This document shows positions 13,941 to 26,436 of a stretch of 64,000 bases of DNA, piece after piece. The position numbers and the translations under genes were made by a program. The number at the start of each line of letters is the position of its first letter. Positions within the stretch are counted from its first letter, which is position 1. The stretch lies in NCBI GenBank assembly GCA_964270895.1, contig OZ185439.1. One strand, 5' to 3'. The notes below the pieces were generated by a model, which did no database searches, had not been told where the DNA came from, and worked only from the letters and a program-made list of their open reading frames with translations. The DNA comes from Podarcis filfolensis. Lineage: Eukaryota.

Positions 13941-14974
13941 GTAAGGGGGGAAACGAACACACACACATGCAGGTGGAACAGGCACCACCGCCACCCGTCC
14001 CAACCTATAATTTGTCTTGACAGATTGCAAATATTTACTAGATGCGTTGAGGCTCCACAACTGCTGACCATGACTTGCCTAAATGGTATTAACAAGAGCA
14101 GAGGAGTTGGCCCTTTCTGCCTTTTCAGGGACCTCTTACTCCTCAAATTTTATGTACAACTGACCACATCACCACTATTGAGTAACTCATGGTACTTGCT
14201 ACCATTGCAACCCCCATATGGGACTGGTCTTAATGTAATCCTAGCAATGAGAGCAGCCCAAACCACTATATCTGTGTTTCCCTTGCTCCCCCTAATCTCA
14301 AGTGGTGAGCGCTGAAGACCAGAAGGCCCAGAAGGCCACTGGGGTTGGGGAAGAGGGAGGTATCAGTTGGCGTGGGGCTGTGGGGGCGGCCCACCCCACG
14401 TGTCATTCAGGGGGGTAAAAAAACAAACAACCCCAGCAGATTGTCGCAGCACCGATTGCCCGCCCCCCAGGCGGATCACCACCATGCCAATCGGCCCTCC
14501 GGGTGAATCGCCCCGGGTGCACGGCATATGCGCTGCTCCAGGTGCCCAAGCAGCCAGCTCCACCACTGCTCAGGGAAGCCCTGAGGTTTGCAGAAGAGCA
14601 AAATGTTGTGGTTTTTTAAATTAAAACAAAAACAAGTCTAAGTGGGTAGCCCTCTGCTACACCAGAAAATACAGCTAAATGAAAACTGAGTGCACTCAGT
14701 AGCCAAGGACACTAAGAATCAATTGGAATAGAAAAACAACAGTTGGAAGAGAGTGGAATGTCATGTCTGGAAGGAACAGCTGCCTAGAACCCTGAACAGA
14801 AGCACTCCTTCTAGGGAGGGAGGGTACACTGCAACATTTTATTGCAGGCTCCACTTGGATAGTGCTTGGATGTTCATCATATTCCTGTAAGGCAACTGGC
14901 CTATTATTTTTTCTTACTGCTGGTGTGATGTCAACATATTCCATTAGAATTTCCATATCTCACTGTAAAATTAG

Positions 14975-15102
14975 AAAGGGCTTTTCAGGCAGGTTGGCAG
15001 CCATCTGTAACGGATGCTTTAGCTGAGTTTCCTGCCTTGCAGAGGGTTGGACTAGATGACCCTTGGGGTCCCTTCCAACTCTACAGTTCTGATTCTATAT
15101 GA
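14975..15102 (+). mobile_element. CR1 LINE 3' terminal fragment
   Basis: cctgccttgcagagggttggactagatgacccttggggtcccttccaactctacagttctgattctat is a typical CR1 3' end. Confidence 0.8.
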
Positions 15103-16121
15103 ATTGTCTGTGCATCAAGGCACAGCCTACCAAGTGGTGCCAAGGTACAAAATTCACACATGGCCTTGTGATTAAAAACTGCCTGTTGCACCTTATTTTA
15201 TGTTGATAAATCAAATAGATTCTGAAAACACACAGGGAGGAGGGGGATAAAAGGCTCTAACTAGATCCTTGCAGCATAATCCTAAAGTTGTTTACTCCAA
15301 AGTCTAGCTGAGTTCAGTGGTATTTGCTTCCTGAGTCTATGTCTGGTTAGGCATGTTGCCTAAGTACTATAAAGGGTAGAGCGAGAAGAATGCTGTCTTT
15401 TTGAAATGACTGTTCCAAATATATATTTGAGATTGGCCCCAGAGGTTTAAGAGTGACAGGCATGTGTCTGTTTAAAATGTTAATGGCCAAAAAAACTAGA
15501 GTGATTCAACAACTTTGGCAGCAATGCATGATGATTGGAGGTGATGCTTTGATATTAAAGGTGTTGTCAAGAGTAGCATGACAAGTTTCAGGATGTCAGC
15601 AATGTTGTTTACCTGCATTTTATTAAGCTGTCACAACCTGAAGGCAAGAGGAAATGATTAAGGCTATGTGCTGGGTTTTTAAACGGTGTGCGCATAAACA
15701 CTCGTACAATCTCACACTAAAGGAAAACAATTATATTTTGTTTTATGTTCAGTTTTCATTATCTGGGTCATTTTCAAAATTGGAGGAAACACTCCTGTCT
15801 CCTCCTTGTCTCCCATTCATCAGCGAGGCTATACCTGAATCAAGAATAATAAGTTGTAAAAATAATTCACCTTGGTAAAGGTCTATGTTTCTCAGGCTGT
15901 AAAATATGCCTACAAATATCCAACAAGATCAACAATAGCATGTGAGCCAATAAAATGGGGACAGGGAGAGTGGTGTATATGTGTTTGCATACCTATGCAA
16001 AAGAACAATAAAATGCTGTAAGGCCACCTGCTTGTGATGTACAATTTCTGTACATGTCTACTCAGAAGTAAGCTCCACTGGCTTCAGTGTGATTTACAAC
16101 CAGGTAAGTCTACCTAGCAGA

Positions 16122-16473
16122 GGGACACAGGTGGTGCTGTGGGTTAAACCACAGAGCCTAGGACTTGCCGATCAGAAGGTCGGTGGTTCGAATCCCCACG
16201 ATGGGGTGAGCTCCCTTTGCTTGGTCCCAGCTCGTGCCAACCTAGCAGTTCGAAAGCACGTCAAAGTGCAAGTAGATAAATAGGTACCGCTCTGGCAGGA
16301 AGGTAAATGGTGTTTCCTTGCTGTGCTCTGGTTCGCCAGAAGCGGCTTAGTCATGCTGGCCACCGGAAGCTGTACGCCGGCTCCCTCGGCCAATAAAGCG
16401 AGATGAGCGCTGCAACCCCAGAATCGGCCACGACTGGACCTAATGGTCAGGGGTCCCTTTACCTTTACCTTTA
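16122..16473 (+). mobile_element. Sauria SINE, near full length
   Basis: tRNA-like head GGGACACAGGTGGTGCTGTGGGTTAAACC, box B GGTTCGAATCC, (ACCTTT)n tail; flanked by an imperfect ~17-bp TSD taagtctacctagcaga / taagtgtacctaggata. Confidence 0.9.
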
Positions 16474-17633
16474 AGTGTACCTAGGATATAAGCCTGATCT
16501 AGACATATGTCTTTTCAATTGAGAGCCATGTGCAATCCTTCACATTTAAGTGGTAACAATGTGGGAGCATCAAATCACCATTTGAAAAATCTGAGCTTTA
16601 TGAAGATTGCTTACTCACTCTTGTCAATATATCCCCAAAATGCAATATCTGAAGTATCTGTGGAAACAAAGGGGGAGTTGGTGCATGCCAGAGGCACCAA
16701 GCTCTGCCCGACATTGGGGAGGTGGCTCTTTGCGTGCGCGTGACATCACACATGTGACACTCTGTGAGGAGGCCCAGTGAGATTAACCTCTGCTGTAGGT
16801 TTAGTCACACATTAGTCTAGCCAAGGCAACTCTCTCAGCCAATGGTTCTGATGTCTAGGGCATCCTAGGGACATGGTTCTACTTGTCAGACTTTTGTGCT
16901 TATATATATATGCAGTGGTAACGTAGCAGTCAGGTAACAGCCATAAAATAAACATGCTGACATTGGCAATGTCGCTTGCCGTGGAGACTCAAGGATGACA
17001 CAGACAGGCTGCTTTTGCTGCCTGAGTAAGCAAAGATGCAAGACATACCAAGGATTTCAGACATGAGCAGGGCCCAAGTGTATTGCGTAGGCAGTTCTTT
17101 AAAATCTCGGCGCAATAAGGAATACTAAAGGAAGATCAAGCAGCCTGCATGCCTATGCAAGCAAGATGACAACATTTATCAAGGTTCATGGCCATGTGCT
17201 TGAGGTCACAATTGAGCAACAAGCCAAATTAACACCTACGTCAGCAAAGAGAGTTTATGCAGACTCTGTCAGTTGTAGCAATGTTGTCCCTGCTTATATA
17301 TGTAACTAGAGCTTGTTTCTAAGGTGAGAGGTTATTGTTCCTCTTCCGCAGGACTTTAGCAAGGCTATACATTACACAGATAACATGGAAAGCAGTCTGA
17401 ATATTCTTGACTAGATGCCTCTATCAAGGAAAGGTGGAGCATCTTAATGTACTCACTTCCCCTCATATTCTCCTGCATTCCTGATGTTGGAGCTGATGTT
17501 GAACTGTGCTTTGGGCTAGGAGTCACTGAGCTGGCTCTTTCCTTGATTGTTACCTCCCATGTGATTTGAAACAACTGTTTCAAATCCAGTTCAGTTAACG
17601 TCAAATTCAGTTAACATCCAACTGTTAACTGAA

Positions 17634-17783
17634 CTAGAACCATAGAGTTGTATAGTTAGAATCCTGAGGCTCATGTAGTCCAACTCCTTGCAGTGCAGGA
17701 ATATGCAGCTGTCCCATGTAGGGATCAAACCTGCAACCTTGGCATTATCAGCACCACACTCTACCCAACTAAGCTATCCTAGG
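17634..17783 (-). mobile_element. tRNA-Ile-headed SINE (anticodon GAT) with CR1-type 3' tail
   Basis: minus strand ggatagcttagttgggtagagtgtggtgcTGATAAtgccaaggttgcaggtttgatccc resembles tRNA-Ile; tail atattcctgcactgcaaggagttggactacatgag resembles the 9261 element. Confidence 0.8.
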
Positions 17784-18158
17784 CTAACTAATTGCTGGCT
17801 GCCTAAGAGTATAAACTGTAAGCTGAGCTAGTAATTCTATATGACTAGAATGGATTGGCAGTTTTAGCTTCCATTCAGGGGCATTGTTGACTCAAGTCAT
17901 TTAAGTACTTAGCATCCTCCCTGTTTTGGCTGGTATCTCAAATCACCTGGCAATCCTACACAAATTGGAATGATGATACAATTCATCTGCAAAAAGCTCT
18001 CCAATCCTCCTGAGGGCTTATTCAGCACATGAACTGACTTGATGCTGAATTCTAGTATCCCAGTCAGAAATCTTTCCAGCGCAATTCTGATTAACAAAGA
18101 GACAATCTAGAATTTCCTCAGCCAGGAATAATTAACATCAGTCTGTTTTATTGATTAG

Positions 18159-18380
18159 GAAAATGGAACTGTGAAGAAGATCATTAGCCAGATGACGCAG
18201 AATCTACTGATGACTCTTGCGGCACGCAATCAGTACCAGGAGATCAGAGAGAAGTTCCGCCAACCCGTGACTGACAAAGGCACAATCCTGAAAACAAAGC
18301 CTCAGTCGTCACAGAAGGACATACTGAGTGTTTGCTGTGACCCACTTGTTCTTGCGCAGCAACTCACACACATTGAGCTG
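18159..18380 (+). CDS. RASGEF1A: RASGEF1A coding exon (start of CDC25/RasGEF domain)
   Basis: tag|GAA...CTG|gtgagt; 222 nt; ENGTVKKIISQMTQNLL...CCDPLVLAQQLTHIEL. Confidence 0.95.
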
Positions 18381-19664
18381 GTGAGTTCCTTTATCTTCCA
18401 TCTACTTGAAGGTTTAGCAGGGCCAGGGCAAGCTGTTCTCCAGCCGAGCTCTGAGTTACAGCTTGAAGGTTTGAGAAAAGTGGCTTCTAGGTATAAGAGA
18501 GACTGAAGGAAGAAGGGAGTCTGGCAGTTACAGAGACAATGAACTCACTTGAGCTGGAGAGAGAAAAGACCACTTGCGACTGATCACTTTCTCACTCCTG
18601 CAACCTCTTTTAGGAGATTCATTGCATTAGCAAACTCTTGTTCCTGACCTGGAATATCTCAAGGAGGGAAAGGGAGGGGGAAGAGGAGTCACAGTCAACG
18701 TCAGAAGCTCACTGTCTTCTAAATCGTTCTAATGAGTACTTCAGCCACTCAACCCATCCATACATGCTACCAGGACTGATTTCAAAGGTCGTCTCAGAGC
18801 AAGGCTAACACACCCAGAGCCTAGGAGAGACAAATGAAAGCAGAAATCTTTCCCAAGGACTACCTCTCTTAAAGGTCCAACCACATATCTGCATTACTGT
18901 CCCCTGGTTCCCTGACCTGGAGTAAGAGATGCCAAATATTAACCTGGAAGCTCTGCTGGTGAATATGCAGCTGTGACACCACCTGCCCCATTACATCAAT
19001 GGTTATTTTGCCCACCCATCACTCCTCTCTGCTGTGCTGGGCAGCAAGAATCTCTGCTTGCTACAACAGAGAAGGAAAAAAGGGTGGAGAAAGGACCAAT
19101 GGAGCAGCAGGGTGGGAAGACACTCTGCCACATGTCTTCCCACTGCTCTACGCCCTTACAGAATCTCCTGGTTAGCAACAAGCAATCCAAGCTGATGCAT
19201 TTCAAAAATTCCTTCCTGCACTTTCCATAAGCACCAACTTACACTGCATACGCACAATGCATTTAAAGTGTGTGGTCCCCCAAAAGGAATCCAGGGAACA
19301 GTCATTTAAAGGTGCTGGGAATTGTAGTTCTGTGAGGGGCAAACTACAGATCCTGGGGTCTTTGGAGGGCAAGCAGTGTGCTTTAAATGGATATACACAG
19401 CCTTAGGCACAACTAAAATCTGGTCAGGCAGTACTGAAAAATCTAGACAAAGAAAGGGGTAGCAAGAGAGAAAGCAAACTCTTAAGTATGTGTGTGACTC
19501 TGTGAAGCAGCACAAGGTGTGTCTTTTACAGGACCCAAAGCCTGTTCTGTTAAACAGATGTCAATTAAGATCTGGCCTGACAGGGCCGGCTGGCTGCCAC
19601 AGCTCTCTGTTCCTCATATGTGTGCTTGCAAAATTGACGGCCTTTGCTATCTTGCTGTATCTAG

Positions 19665-19739
19665 GAGAGGGTGAGCAACATTTACCCCGAGGACCTCATG
19701 CAAATAATCAGCCACGTGGACTCCCTGGATAATCACAAG
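19665..19739 (+). CDS. RASGEF1A: RASGEF1A coding exon
   Basis: tag|GAG...AAG|gtgtgt; 75 nt; ERVSNIYPEDLMQIISHVDSLDNHK. Confidence 0.93.
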
Positions 19740-22033
19740 GTGTGTACAAAGTGTGAACGCAGTGGCAATTTGAAACAGGGCTACAGGTAACACTGCGTGC
19801 ATGGCTTATACAGGTGTTGAAAATTAAAGGCAAACTTATCTTGTTTCTGTAACAGTTTAAGTGTTATAATTTACCCCAAAGAATCTTGAGCATTGTAGCT
19901 TGGTAAGGGCATGGTATGGGGGTTAGGATTAAGATCCTTGGCCAGAAATCCCTAGGCTACTATCTCCCACCCAGAACTACAGTTTCCAGGATTTCCTCAA
20001 GAAAGCGGATGACTGTTACACCAGACTAAATCCATAGCACGGGCCACCCTTTGCCAAGCAGGTGCCCTCTAGATATTTTGGACCGCAACTCCCATCAATC
20101 ACAGCCCTGTGGTGACTGGAGCTGATGCGAGTTTTGGTACACAACAACTGGTGTAGACATTCAATCAATAGCTGCCCAATCTGCCACATTTAAATTGACA
20201 CCCAGTTCCTATGGCACATACCAAGTTTTTGTACACCCGAGAAGCAAATGGGAAGAAATAGGAAAATTATCACCTGCAGTATTTAGCTAGTTTCTTGAAC
20301 TGTCAAACAACCAAGCTGCACTTGGATATGGGAGAATAAAGAGGGATGTACTCTAAGAGAGGGATAGCCAGTGTGGTGCCATTCAGATGTTGCTGAACTC
20401 TCAACTCCCAGCAAGCTTGGTAAATATTCAGGGATTATGAGAGCTGAAGTCCAATATCATCTGTAAGGACCATATGGCTAGCTCTACTCTAATAGGACAG
20501 CTCCTGTTAAATAAGCTGACTGCACTGATTTCTTCGCTAGCTGAGGCTTTCAGTACATTTTAATATATTGTGCATACATATAGCATGAGGCCTTCTTTTC
20601 TGTTCATGCTTTATGAGGCTTAAGCATTGAGGATAAACAAACAAAAAAATATTGCTGGATAAGACAATAGCCCCTGTCGCTGCCCCCATCCCCTTTGTCT
20701 CTTAGGTGCCCTGTGAATTTTATTCAGGTAGGAGGGAGAGAGATCCTTATTTGTGAGCTGCCACCTACACAGCTGGGAGAACATGTAAAGAGCACCTTAT
20801 GTAGCAGTTCTTTTCTGCAAGTTAGCAATTATGGAATTCAGAGGTCAAGGAAGTCTGCAGGGATATTGTACAAGACTGGGATCTGTCTAGACACAACAAG
20901 AAGAAAAGATTAAATATCATAATTCACACCAGTACTTATTATTTTGAGCCTCTTTCCTTAAAGTCCCCAGGTAGCAAAGTGTCATATGTTGTTATTTTTT
21001 TTCAACCTTCCTTCAAGGTTAAAAGCAATTTGAAGTTTCTCAGTTACATACAGTGAGTTGAGTACGCCCACCTTAGCTATTGTTCCCTACTAGCATATAA
21101 TGTTACTGAACATGCAGTCATCTCTTAAATATGACAAAATGGGTTTGGACAGTGTGTATTTTTTCTCCCGCTTGTCATTCCTAAACACTTATTGAAAACA
21201 ATATGCAAATCCTTACTATTTTCACAAACACCCCAGGAGGAAAAGCACGAGAAATATACACCCCTTTCTCTCTAAATGCTCTAAGTGGTTTCCCCAACAG
21301 CTGTACAGACCAAAAATTCAGAATGATATAAAAGAGAGCCAAAATTCTTATTTTTAATGGTGCACTTATAGCCAATATAATTGGCCATATTTGGGGTGTT
21401 CCCCTCCCACAATTATAATTGTGCAAGGGAGGAAACAACAGGGCCATGCTTCGTGGCCTCACCCCTTCCTTAGGGGGTGTTGTCATTGCCCAGACTGTGC
21501 ACCTCACACATTTGTACAGTGTGGCTGCCCACTTGTGGAAGGTTCTCCCCTGGCACCATCATTACATATCCAACACTTACAGCAGTCCCATCCCCTGAAG
21601 AAGTTACCCTTGCAATATGTGAGAGGTGCACAGATCAGGTGACAAGGAAGTGACATAGGAGGCAGAGCCAGAGACTTCAGCCCTGCTCCCCGACCTCACA
21701 TAGGCCGTAATCCTGTGAGGTGAGGGGGAATTGCCCATGTGGGGCACTTGATTGCTGGAAATGTCTCAAACGGGGAATACTTTTGCATCTGACAGAACTC
21801 GGGACATAACATTTCCCCGATAGCAGAGGGAACTGATCTAGTAAGGAGGATACCACATGGGATGGGGGAGTTAATTTGCCCCACGCTGCCGTTGAATCAC
21901 AGCCTGGAGAGTGTGTCTGTCTTTGAAGCATGCAAGCTGAAGTCACTTGTGTGGAGATGCATGGGTGTCACTGGAAACAACCATTTTTTTCAAGCCCTTC
22001 GTACAGGCATAATTTACAACCTTTCTTTTGCAG

Positions 22034-22126
22034 TGCCGAGGCGACGTTACTAAGACTTACACTCTGGAGGCGTACGACAACTGGTTTAATTGCCTCAGCA
22101 TGTTGGTGGCGACGGAGATTTGTAAG
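22034..22126 (+). CDS. RASGEF1A: RASGEF1A coding exon ending in a GC donor
   Basis: cag|TGC...AAG|gcaagt; 93 nt; CRGDVTKTYTLEAYDNWFNCLSMLVATEICK. The GC donor keeps frame with the next exon (VVKKK); the GT 5 nt upstream does not. Confidence 0.92.
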
Positions 22127-22722
22127 GCAAGTACTGACAAGGGAAATGCGCCAGCTACTCTTCCTTCACTCTTGCAGTTTTTGGCCCAACTCATTCCAAA
22201 CTGCCTTGGCTGAAACTCTGTGTATCTTAGCCACCTCCCACCAAGTAACATCTCCTCTGGCTCAGGATGCATATGAATGCACCCGCCCATGCAAAAATGC
22301 AATCCTTTACAGAATATTTGTTGGCACTTGAAGTCGGCTTCCATTTGTATTTTTTGCACCCATTCTCGTCCTATTCTGATTTGACTCACGCTGCGTAGCA
22401 AAAGCCCAATTCATACATTCCCCAAGCAGCATTACTGCTGCTTCACCTGGCTCCATCCCATGCGATGCTAATACTGTAGGGTGTAGTGATATCCCAGGAG
22501 GCTCCTTCATCATTGTACTTCCTCTTGAGTTCTAGCAGATGTGGCACTGCAAAGTCCCCTGTGACTTTCGCCTCCAACACAATTAAGTGTGTCATATATT
22601 TCTGGAACTTTATGGGATGGGGGCTGTGGGAAATAGGAACCATGTTGCTCTGGAAATGTATGAACTGGAGCACAGCGAGGGAACAGGAATGGGTTTGGTC
22701 ATATGAACACACATAATGCCTT

Positions 22723-23095
22723 ATCTAAACCACTGAGCCTCTTGGGCTTGCCAATCAGAAGGTTGGTGGTTCGAATCCCTGCGACGGAGTGAGCTTCCGT
22801 TGCTCTGTCCCAGCTTCTGCCAACCTAGCAGTTTGAAAGCATGCCAGTGCAAGTAGATAAACAGGTACCACTGTGGGGGGGAGGTAAACGGTGTTTCCGT
22901 GCACTCAGGCTTCTGTCACAGTGTTCCGTTGCGCCAGAAGTTGTTTAGTCATGCTGGCCACATGACCCAGAAAGCTGTCTGTGGAAAAACGCTGGCTTAC
23001 TCAGCCTGAAAGCGAGATGAGCGCTGCAACCCCATAGTCACCTTTGACTGGACTTAACTGTACAGGGGTCCTTTACCTTTACCTTTTTACCTTTT
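22723..23095 (+). mobile_element. Sauria SINE, 5'-truncated, different subfamily from the 16122 copy
   Basis: same body and ACCTTT tail; 12-bp TSD acataatgcctt / acatcatgcctt (1 mismatch). Confidence 0.88.
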
Positions 23096-24933
23096 ACATC
23101 ATGCCTTGTAACAAACAGTACAACTTCGCTTTAGAATGAACAGTGTGTAGGTGTGGAGATGCAAAAGTCTTTGTGGCTTCCAAGATGCAAGCTTCGCTTG
23201 AGCTGCTTACAGTTCCAAACTAAAACATACAGCATGTGTCTCTTTCTCAAACTCCATATAATAAAAAGGAAGGGAGAATTGTGTGCCTGTGACATGAAAG
23301 TATCTAGAGGTACTTAGAACAACCATTAGTGACTGAGAGCTGAATCACTTTCTTAGAGTTTGTGAAAACCCAGTATAGAGAATATGTAGGCTTACCTCAA
23401 CCGAAGTGTCTTCTCTGTATGCAAACAGGTGGACACCAACCGCACATAGGATTCGTAACATGTCAGAGTCTGACCGGAAGATGGAAATGTATCCCAAAAC
23501 ATCATCTTCCAGATGTACGAAATCAGTATGGTAGTGAAAAACTTACAGTGATAAATATTGGAGTGCATTTTTCCAAAATTCTTAGAGTCATGTGGCAGAA
23601 TCATGTGGTAGCATCCTTCCTGGCTTATATTATTATAGATTGCAGGTAGGCAGTGATATTTTTGGATGCTCCACCATGTCAGTTAATTTTCTGCATGTAA
23701 AATCTTGCACACTGGGAGAAAGGTTCTAGCATAGCCACTCCCTACATGTGATTCTCCCATTAAGAAAAAGAAAAAACGTTTGTTAGACCTCAGAAACAAA
23801 ACTTGAAAAAATAATGCACAAAGCAAGCATTGATCCACTATCAACAAGGCTAGTGAACAGTGACTGATAATTGTACCAAACCCATTAATTCTCAGAAGCT
23901 AATTACAAAAAGCAAAGACAAAAATGCAACTCAGCAACACGTCATGTGGGAAGCAAATGTGTTTTTAAAAAAACAACATGGGGCAGTCATTCGGACAAAG
24001 CTAAGAATTTAAAAACCCTTTGTTTTCAGGGGGAGAGATTTAAGTGCATGCCTAAGTCTCCCACTTTAAATGAAAAATGTAAAGATATTTTTTCCCCTAC
24101 TGTGGCAAACTGCAGCAGTGGCACCAGGACTCTCCTGGAAAAATGCCTCACTTGGGGGGGGGGGACCCTTGGACCTTCCTTGCAGTGAAGGAGAAGAAGG
24201 TGCATGGGGTGGCAGACATGTTCACTTTGCTAGGTGGTAGCATCAGGACTAGCAGCCAATAATGAGGTGAGCGAGAGTGAGGGGCCGGCAATTTTTCGCT
24301 GCCTTGTCTGAGACCATTTTCTTGCTCTGCCTTAATAATTGTGCAAATGCTGTTGCTTAGTCTCATTTCCCTGCAGATTTGAAGTGAGCTTAGTGCTTTA
24401 CCTCAGGATATCTTATCAACAGTAACGTTAAAAAAAGATGGATTATAAATCCTCAGTGCTATAGTGAAGCAAATGCCCTGCTTCCACCCTACAGAAGCAC
24501 ACCTCCCCTGGATGGAATGTTTCCTATTTTCTACATTTGAGGACAGAATGTTTTAAAAGTATTTGGTTTTCCAGTCACCAAAATCATTCTTTCTTTGCTT
24601 GACAAAATTTCCCCAACGCCTAGTTTCTTCCTTACATAAGGCTACAGGATTCCAGCATCCATGGACATACAAAGTTTTCATGATCTTCCAAAGATAATGG
24701 CTCTTTAAACAAAACAGGGATCTTAGATCACTATCACAAAGGCTTACTCTAAAAAAATGGGGGGGGGGAGGTGACTCAAATCAGGATAGAAGCATCAACA
24801 CCTTTTCCACTGAAATGCTCTTCCTCAAAGCCTTTAAAAACAAACAAATGTTGTTTGCTTGCGGGATGCCATGCCTCCATTGAGTAAATGCCACCCCACT
24901 TCTCCCATTCAAGGTTTGCATTTTAAATTTCAG

Positions 24934-25036
24934 GTCGTGAAGAAAAAGCAGCGGACAAGAATAGTGGAATTTTTCATTGACGTGGCAAGAGAGTGCTTCA
25001 ACATTGGAAACTTTAATTCCATGATGGCCATTATCT
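24934..25036 (+). CDS. RASGEF1A: RASGEF1A coding exon
   Basis: cag|GTC...ATC T|gtgagt; 103 nt; VVKKKQRTRIVEFFIDVARECFNIGNFNSMMAII, containing the CDC25 GNFNS motif. Confidence 0.95.
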
Positions 25037-26307
25037 GTGAGTACTCTTCCGCAAGGCACCTGTGGGCAATGTGTGTGACAGCGTCAGTAGAATGATGGTG
25101 TCTGCGTAGATGCAGCGTCCCGCTGAGAGTGCTGCACTCTGGATGACAAATGGGCATCAAAGATATTACCAAGTGAGACTCTCCAAATAATTAACTGGTA
25201 AGCGGTGGGAGATCAAAAGAAGAGACAGGGGAAAGACAGGTAAAAGTAGTCTGCGCTTGCCAAAGAGACGAGCCACACAAGACCTTTTCATGCATTGCAG
25301 AGTGGCAAATCAGAGTTTGAGGCTCAAAGCATATTTGACAGAGAGGTACAACCAATCCTGGCTCCCTGGTGAGAGTGAGTCAGTGCATGTTTGCAAAAGA
25401 CAAGTGTGCCTCTTCTTGTCTACAGAATCTAGTGCACACTTAGAATATTTTAGGTGTATGCCTAATGCGTGAATTGTCCTGATTACATAAAAGGACTTTT
25501 TTTTTGGATTCTCTGAAAATGCAAACTTCTCCCAGCTTCAAAACTTTGGCACAGATGTAACAAAAGTGACCAAAAGCGGACACAGAATTGTTTTCTCAAT
25601 AGCAAAATTTCCCTCCATCCTGCGTTAAAACATGTTTAAGGTACGCAACAGCCATCTTAATTGGGATTGAGCTAAGAAGAAATCCGGTCCTAGACTCAAA
25701 ACTGGCATTGTCACCTGAAGAGGAAACACACATAGATGAAGGCTGTGGGGACACATCCAGTCCCACCATGCTTTAAAGTGCACTTTTGCAGCCAGCAGCC
25801 TTCTGTATTCATGGAGATTCCCTTTGTGAGTTAGGCTCTTGGAAGATCAGGGCTTTCACCCACTGCAGAAGTACACTTTAAACATGCAAATGGGCTGGAA
25901 GAGTTGCGCAGCCCCAGTTAAGAGAGCTGCAACCCCAACTTACAGATGTTCCCTCTTCAGGGAAGGGGGCTTAAGAATCCTGGTTAAGTGGGATGCCAGG
26001 TCAGTGCTGGTGCCAGTGCAGTGCTCAACCATAGAAAGGGTGGCTAAGGAGGGATGCAGTCTGGAGAGGAGAGGAACAAGTGAGAAGCAGCACGCAATCC
26101 CATGGCCTGTTTCGGATCTCTTACCTGGGGTTACCAGAGCCCTTCATTACATTTGCACTACCCTCCTTTGACACAACTGCCTGCAGAAGTAGTGATTTGC
26201 AGAACATAGCACCAACAGTACTGCTGGAAGCATCCTGACAGACATGCAGGGATGTTTTCAATGATTTGCTGAAAATTTTCCATTTGTTTTTTTCTTTCTC
26301 TTTTTAG

Positions 26308-26387
26308 CGGGTATGAACTTGAGTCCTGTTGCCCGGCTAAAGAAAACTTGGTCCAAAGTCAAAACAGCCAAATTTGATGTTTTAGAG
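26308..26387 (+). CDS. RASGEF1A: RASGEF1A coding exon
   Basis: tag|CG GGT...GAG|gtaatt; 80 nt; (S)GMNLSPVARLKKTWSKVKTAKFDVLE. Confidence 0.95.
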
Positions 26388-26394
26388 GTAATTA

Positions 26395-26436
<42 letters not shown>
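26395..26436 (+). repeat. (CAT)14 microsatellite
   Basis: direct read; begins at intron position +8 after the exon ending at 26387. Confidence 0.97.

Noticed and set aside
17352-17433. Poison cassette exon in RASGEF1A (good acceptor ttcctcttccgcag, in-frame TAG)
   Set aside because: The only nearby donor (AAG|GTGGAG) is weak, such pseudo-exons are common, and there is no transcript or conservation evidence.
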